DNA of 64,000 bases from the human T2T-CHM13v2.0 reference genome, Homo sapiens, in the NCBI RefSeq assembly GCF_009914755.1, contig NC_060933.1; one strand, 5' to 3'. The stretch's first letter is position 1. Each line of letters begins with the position of its first letter. Under the pieces are notes generated by a model that was given only the letters and a program-made list of their open reading frames with translations, was not told the DNA's origin and did no database searches. The position numbers and the translations under genes are program-made. This document shows, piece after piece, positions 56,850 to 64,000 of this stretch.

Positions 56850-58085
56850 AACTGCCTTTTGACTTACAGGCCTATTTCAGCTCCTACTGTGGGTCTATCT
56901 CCTGTTAAACAACAAGCTCTTCCTTCAGTGTCCCTCAACCCTAAGGGTGATAGCAGCTTCTAGCTGGTACTAATCGCTAGGCTACTCCCTGCTTCTTGTA
57001 GGGCTTTCCAGCTTCTCCACCATCCTTTTAACCAAGTATCTGTATTAAATCCAATCTGTATGAAAGACCTAGGAGGCTATTTTCCTGGCTGGATCCTGAT
57101 GGGCACAAACAGACAGCATTCTTAGTTACAAACTATAGAAACAAACTTTGGCATTTTGGCAGGAAAGAAATATAAAGATATTGGAGAGCTCAAAGAATCT
57201 CTAAGAGGATCAAAGAAGCAGGCTGGGAGACCACAAAGGAAGGAGCAGTGCTCAAAAATCTCAAAGTAGAACTGTTCCGGCAAAGCCACCATTACTGCCA
57301 TGCTCCACGTCTTCGGTTGCACCACATGTCACCAACACTGGATTCTGGAAGCTACCATTCAGATTGTTGTATCTTCCACCATCTGTCAACAGAATCAATT
57401 CTGGGCTTTCCTACCTCTTCACGACATTAGCTTCCAGTTTAGAGACTGAGGTGGGTATGCCTGATTGGCAAAGTACGGGTCATGTGCCTAATCCTGGCTG
57501 CAAGGACAGCTGGAGATGCAAGTGTATCTGACATTTTCAGTTCCTATCATGGGAGATGGGCTCTTCATAGGCAGTGACATTCCCTAAAAATAGCACAGGG
57601 ATTTAGATGCTTAGGGGACATTTTATTTTCAACAGACCCTGAGACAAGGATTGAAGTATAAATGGAGGAGGGGAGATCCCAGGAATCACTGGTAAGGAAG
57701 TGGGGGAAGTGAGACAAAAGAGAAAACAGTCAATGGACAGTAAATTATTCATCAGGTTTCCACTATGGGTGACTAGAATTAAATACCACTGGGGAGATTC
57801 TGGGAGTCGGTGTAGAACACACACCTTGGAGCGGTCCCACCCAAGGGCCAGGGAGCTGGTGTACTTATCCATCACCTGTTATCTGACACTGTTGAAAACA
57901 TCTGGGAGGCAGGGTTCATTCCCTCACATTCCCAGCCTCTCTTCCTCTTGCATGAGCTGAATGGGCCTCAACATTCAGAGGAAACTTTCAGACAAATAAA
58001 TGTAGGCACTGGCAGTTGAAAGTTGGGCAGGTGTGATCTGGAAAAGAAAATGGAGGTGGCAGGACACCCACCACATCTGCTGCAG
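56850..58085. mobile_element. Cluster of old ERVL/MaLR LTR fragments (LTR16/LTR33-like and MLT1-like)
   Basis: ccctaagggtgatagcagcttc; cctgattggcaaagtacgggtcatgtgcc; cagaccctgagacaaggatt ... gatcccaggaa. Confidence 0.55.
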
Positions 58086-58379
58086 GAGATAAGATCCACA
58101 GGGACCTGGAACCTGGGAGCATCAAGGGTATATCAGTAAGCAAGAGAGAAGCATTCCTGGCCTCACTAAGCTGGTGGCCTCCCGGTTCAGACATGTGAAA
58201 AGGAAGTCCAAACAGTGTGCAAGAGCAACAGAGGCAATACAGGGAACCAGAGCTACACTTCTGGCCTCCAAGACCCACGAGCATGGGGTCAGCATCCTAG
58301 TCATTTTTCAACCCCATTGCCTATAGTAGTATATATTCAATACATGTTTTCTGGCCCTACACTGAATAGTCAGGCACAT

Positions 58380-58850
58380 TCCTGATGCATTATATTTATT
58401 GTCTCTGACTATTACCCAATAAGGAAGGTGTGCCCCCATTTTACAGTGGAGGAAGTTAAGGCACTCCTAATTCCTCCTAACTGCCTTACTACTAACATCC
58501 TTCATATCTCAGCTTTGATGTAATCTCTCCAAAAGGCCTGCCTGCACCATGTGCCTCCATCTCCAAGCTGAGGTTATCTTTATCACAGAACTTATCCTCT
58601 GTTTTGTAATTGGCAACTCATTCTCATGAATTTTCATGAGCAGAGCTCTTTAAGAGCAGGAACTGTGTCTGTGTTGTTTAGCAATGTATACTCAGCATCT
58701 AGGCTTATGCTGGCACATTTAATTTGCACCAATCATTTTTTGAATGACTTGAATAAGTGACTAAGGCTCAGAGACATTAAGTAACGTGACCAGTCACAAA
58801 GCTAAAAGGTGACACAGCTGAGGTTTCAACTATAGTCTGTCTGACCCCTA
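58380..58850. mobile_element. MIR interrupted by an L2 3' end
   Basis: cccattttacagtggaggaa | L2 (gagcaggaactgtgtc ... tgaatgacttgaat) | ctaaggctcagagacattaagtaac. Confidence 0.65.
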
Positions 58851-61332
58851 AATCTCTCCTACATTTTGCTGAGGGGTAAGCAACTTAATCCATTTACAGC
58901 AACCAGAAAATTTAAGTTGGATTAAATGCTTGTATTTTAAGCTCAAAAGTAACGGGTAGGGAGTCTAAGAACTTCTCATAATCATCGGGTTGAAGAATTA
59001 CCAAACAGAACTCTGGACCCAAAGCTAGAAGAAGGTTCCTAGAGGACAAGACTCCTTATCCAAACTTTGCCTGGGCTGGACAACATTTAAAACTCTCCCT
59101 TAATTTAACATTTTAAGATTCTAAGGTTTTTAACCTAATCTCGCGGTAAAAGGAAAATTTTTCCCTCTAGCACCAATAACTAATCGACCTCATCAGCTTA
59201 CTAAAATAACTTTAAAATATTAGAGATAATTTTAAGGCACCTGATATGGTTTTTTATGCTCCTTTAGACATTGCAGAAAAGTCGTCTCAAACTCACACTT
59301 GTCAGACATACACAGAGCCACATTCAAAATAAAGAGGATGGGGGAGATACTGGTTTGGAAATCAAAGGAATTCTTTTTCTGCCTTATTTATCCAGACAAT
59401 ATTCTCACTCCTTCATTTTTGCCAAGTCAATGAGAGCTATCCATCCTCTAAGCATGCATTTCCCACAGACCCTCAATTCTAAAATGGCCAAGAAGCAACA
59501 TCGATTCAATAACAGCCTTTTGGTACTGGGGGTGGGGATGGGAGGTGGAGGTAGGGAAGCGAGAGATGAAACAGACAGGAAACATTCAATGAAATGTTCA
59601 CTGAAATTACAGTGCACAAATCCTGATTTCAGAATGCTAACATGCAGCACTAAGAGAGCCTTAGAATTGAAAAAACATGCTAATTAAACAGAAAATTGTC
59701 AAATGATATTTATAAAGTGCCTACATATTTTGTCCAGATGATATTTCTAGACATAACTAAAAAATAGTGGGAACAACAAAAGGAAGTTTCACATAAATTA
59801 CATGTTTTGAGGAGGTAAAATGCATTTTTAAAGTTCCTTGAAGAGTTTAAGGTGTTCAGATTTGTTTCTGAAACTAGCAAATTGAAAAATTACCAAACTA
59901 ATCAATACATATATACATATATAATAATGTGGGTGCTTGGATAATCAGTGTGAGCTTTCTTGGTAAAAGCTGAAGTAGGGGTTAATTTCTACTTTAGCTC
60001 TTTTTCTTCTGGAGAAAAAATATGTCTGTGCCCCATCAGCTTTCAAATGAAAATCCCTACATGCAGCAAATCAAATTAACAGTTAATCACTCATCCCTTT
60101 GACTTGATCACTGATTCAGAAACTCAGAAGTGAACACTGCGTTGTATTTCATCTGTTTTTTGCCACTTCACTAGTTTCTAGCCGAGTCCTGCCACAGCAC
60201 TTATCAACAAGACTGAAATAACAGCCAATAGCAAAACACCCTTGTGAAAGGATCAGCATTTCATGAATCCCTCAAGGATCTCAATATACAATCCAAGATA
60301 TCACAATGAGAATCAAGAGCAGGAGAAAAACATTTTGATTACCAATTTAAAAGAAGGTGTGAAAGAAAACACTAAGATCAAGAATACATATACGAAACTT
60401 ACACGGTGTAGCGGAGGGATACAAAATGTATGGCACTGATACTCTGGTGCCCACTCTTATGCCCACAGCTAAGCCCCAATCAACCCCAGAGCCAGATGCA
60501 GCCTCAGAATCTATCTTAACACATTTCTTCAAAAAGCCACTCCAGATAATTGGCCCTAGAAGCAAGATAGAATTCTTTGCTCCTGCCACTGAAAACTGAA
60601 TTATTTCAAGCCATGATGGCTCTCATATATATTGGAGCCTGGCTACACTGAGCTACTTAGTCATCTTTAAATGTACTGTGAAACTTCAAGCCCTGTGCCT
60701 TTGTTTTTTCTGTGTCCTACCTGGAAATATCTTTTCTCTACTTCTCTACTGGTGGAAATCTTATTTTTTGTGGCTCCATGCAACAATTTCCTCTTTTGTG
60801 AAGTGTGCCTCATTCATTGCCTCTAACCATAATGAATTGTTTGTAGTTGTTTATTTATTCCACGAGTTTCAGTGAGAGGTACTTGGGCAATCTGAAAGAA
60901 ATATTATGACCAAATAATGATAATAATAATCACTATTATTATTATATATAACATATTTATATAAAAAATTCATTTCGGTCAAAACACAAAACTAAAGAGG
61001 AAAATGATAAAATTTATGAACTGAAATTCCTTTCCCTATTTTTAAAATAAAGCTGTGCTTCTACTATAAAGTCAGTCAATATATAAAAGTTTAGTGTTAA
61101 CCTGCATCCCTAATGTAAAATGTAACAAGCAGACAAATTCAAATATAATATCACTTTGTCCTGGGGTATAAAAATGTCTATCAGTGCAGAATATCTTACA
61201 CCACAAAAATTATGTCAAGGGTTAGCAAATATGTCTAGTTCAGCTGTTCCCACACTGGACTGATAACTCAGAAGCGTTAAGATTCTGTATTTGAAGAATA
61301 TAGATTTCCTAAGTCTCATACTTAGCATATGA

Positions 61333-61673
<341 letters not shown>

Positions 61674-63283
61674 AAGAATCCATACTTTATAAAAGCTCTC
61701 TTAGGTGAACTGGCGAACTGCTAGGTTGGCTATCTTAACTGATGATTTTTATAATAAATGTCTGAGCTGGGGACATTAGTAAACATTCCTTACAAGCATA
61801 ACATAAATGAATATACACATTCAGGCACACAATATTTGGATTCCATTTATGTTGTTAATTTCAGGGAAGACATAGACTGTCAGTTCATTCGTTTTGCTAT
61901 TTTGGCATTGTAATTATGGGAGAAAGGCTGCTAAAGGTTTCCAGTCTGACAAATTTCTGAAGAATCAAAAATTGATTTATCTTAAGATAAATGTTTCATG
62001 TTTGTCTTCAATCTAAACAAGAAAACATTTGGGGGCAAAACTTTGTTAAAATTCAATTTAACTGATTTATCTAACCATGTATAACAGCTGTTTTTCACAT
62101 GTTAAAAGACAGTGTGAAAGTATGGGTTTTTCATTTTGTTTTGTTTTACATGTCAATATTAAAAGAGCTTAATTTTTAAAATTTCTGCTACATGATGACC
62201 TTAACTTCTTAAGGAAAACAGGAAAAAAACCATGTGTATGTCCAAAGAAATAAAAATTTACAATAATAGTGTTCTTAAAAAGTAGAATCCCCAAAGACGT
62301 AATTTACAGCTCGTTTTGGGCTAACAATTCACACCATAAAATAAAGGGAAATTCTAATCTAGTGGACTCCATTAACGATGTTTTCTGACAATCCTCTAAG
62401 CACTACTCTATGGCTAATCAATAAATACAGGGTGATCAGTCTCCTGTTAATGGTCTAGCACACATGCCCTAGTTGGAACCAAAGACATCAGGGATACAGA
62501 TGAATGAGTTGACTCCAATTCTAATAAATAAATAATATGAGAAATGAATCCGACTTTCAGACAACACAGTAAGTTCCACACAGCCTGTAAAAAGCACAGC
62601 TGGTACACAGGAAGGACACTAATGTGCATTGAAGAGAACAATTTGAAATTCCATTGCAAACATTCATTTTCATGAATTTCCTTTCTGTGCTTTATCTTTG
62701 TTTGCATTTGAGGAGTAAGCTTAGAAACAAAAACAAATAATAGAAACCTACCAGCTTCCTGGGTCAGACCAAGCAAAGGCAGACTTTCACTATGCCTGGA
62801 AAGTGTCAATTTGCCTTTTAGGTTAAAATAAATTTGACAGTGCACTGGGAAATTAATTTTAAAATCATCACTGTGCTAAGCATGGGAAAGATAATACTCC
62901 ATTACTAAAATTATTTGGCTTACTATGTAAAAATACAGCTCTCATAATGTATGAATGTGGTTTTGGAGTAGAGTTGCAATTCTCACATTCAGCTGTGGCA
63001 ACTAAGAGAATCTGCATAATTTTTTATATTTGCACTGCAAAATTGTGGCACAGATAACACTGGAAAGGAGGACTTATTTTGGCTATTTGCATTTTCCAAA
63101 AATGGTCACGTTAATATTTCTGATTCCACATGCTCTTCCAGAACTTGTTACTTGTTCATCAAGAAGTAGAATCTACTTTTTCCCTCCTTGGATCTGGGTG
63201 ATGCATTGTGACTACCTTTACTGAGAGAATGTGGAGGAAATGATGCTGTGTGACTTCCAAGAATACATCATAAAAGTTGTCTA

Positions 63284-63412
63284 ACCCAAGCATGGTGGCA
63301 TGCATTTGTTGTCCCAGCTACTGGGAAGGCTAAGGCAGAAGGATCACTTGAGCTCAGGAATTCGAGGCTGGCCTGAGCAACACAGGAAGAAATCATCTCT
63401 AAATAAATAAGT
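63284..63412 (+). mobile_element. FLAM (free Alu monomer)
   Basis: Single diverged Alu monomer with an aaataaataa tail. Confidence 0.75.
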
Positions 63413-63413
63413 A

Positions 63414-63716
63414 GGCAGGGTGTGGTGGCTCATGCCTGTAATCCTAGCACTTTGGTAGGCTAAGGAGGGTGGATGGCCTAAGTTCAGGAGTTTGAGACCA
63501 GCCTGGGCAACACGGTGAAACCCTGACTCTACTAAAATACAGAAAATTAGCTGGGCGTGGCAGCATGCACCTGTAATCCCAGCTACTCTGGTGGCTAAGG
63601 TAGGAGAATTTGCTTGCAGGTGGAGGTTGCCGTAAGCCGAGATTGTGCCACTGCACTCCAGACTTGGTGACAGAGTGAGACTCCGTCTCCAAAAAAAAAG
63701 AAATAAAAATAAAATA
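63414..63716 (+). mobile_element. Alu SINE (AluS-like) inserted in the FLAM tail
   Basis: ggcagggtgtggtggctcatgcc ... actccgtctccaaaaa. Confidence 0.94.
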
Positions 63717-64000
63717 GAAAGTTGATACAGCTTCCACCGGGCTCTCTTGGGACACTTGCCTTTGGAACTTAGCCACCATATTATGATGCAGACAAACAGC
63801 CACATGGAAGGGCCACATGTAGATGTTCTATATAGCCACAACCACATGGTGGTCCCAGCCAACAGCCTGTACCAACCACCAGACACAGGAACGAGTGCCC
63901 CTGAAGATGATTTCCCCCTTTAGCCTTCTGGTCACTTCATCTGATGTCATATGGAGCAGAGACAAAATGTGCCCCTAGGCAAATTGCAAACCTGTGAGCA

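Larger units (their letters stand above)
63075..64000 (+). mobile_element. MLT1 (MLT1F/G/H-like) LTR interrupted by a FLAM and an Alu; runs off the window
   Basis: ttttccaaaaatggtcac ... gctgtgtgacttccaag | insert | cagccacatggaagggccacatg ... tggagcagagac. Confidence 0.8.

Noticed and set aside
59271-59687. 138-aa plus-strand ORF in unique DNA (likewise 11612-12352 and 4197-4532)
   Set aside because: Mostly non-ATG starts, no recognisable domains, and lengths compatible with chance
63344-63886. 180-aa ORF
   Set aside because: Read-through of MLT1, antisense Alu and FLAM; a typical Alu-derived peptide

Overview
Primate (hominoid, very likely human) nuclear DNA: AT-rich, CpG-depleted, repeat-dense and apparently intergenic or intronic. 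I cannot name the locus and find no recognisable host protein-coding gene, tRNA, rRNA or CpG island. The longer ORFs in the track are LINE-1 ORF1/ORF2 remnants, Alu or LTR read-throughs, microsatellite translations, or chance. Positions 17.2-36.0 kb are one ancient, originally full-length L1M element (flanked by a TCCAATTATCT target-site duplication) into which about ten younger elements have nested. The most notable observations are structural: (1) a ~1.26 kb inversion revealed by an L1 TSD now in inverted orientation (39.65-41.26 kb); (2) a ~120 bp unique segment copied 1.46 kb downstream into an old L1 (46.8 and 48.3 kb); (3) an L1PB with two 5'UTR/ORF1 heads in tandem but one 3' end; (4) a MADE1 hairpin whose two arms share five non-consensus changes (miR-548-type precursor candidate); (5) template-switch fold-back insertions. 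A few candidate enhancers and exons lie in unique DNA. I do not see a convincing new biological system. Repeat subfamily names and consensus comparisons are from memory and need RepeatMasker/Dfam confirmation; edges of old repeats are approximate.
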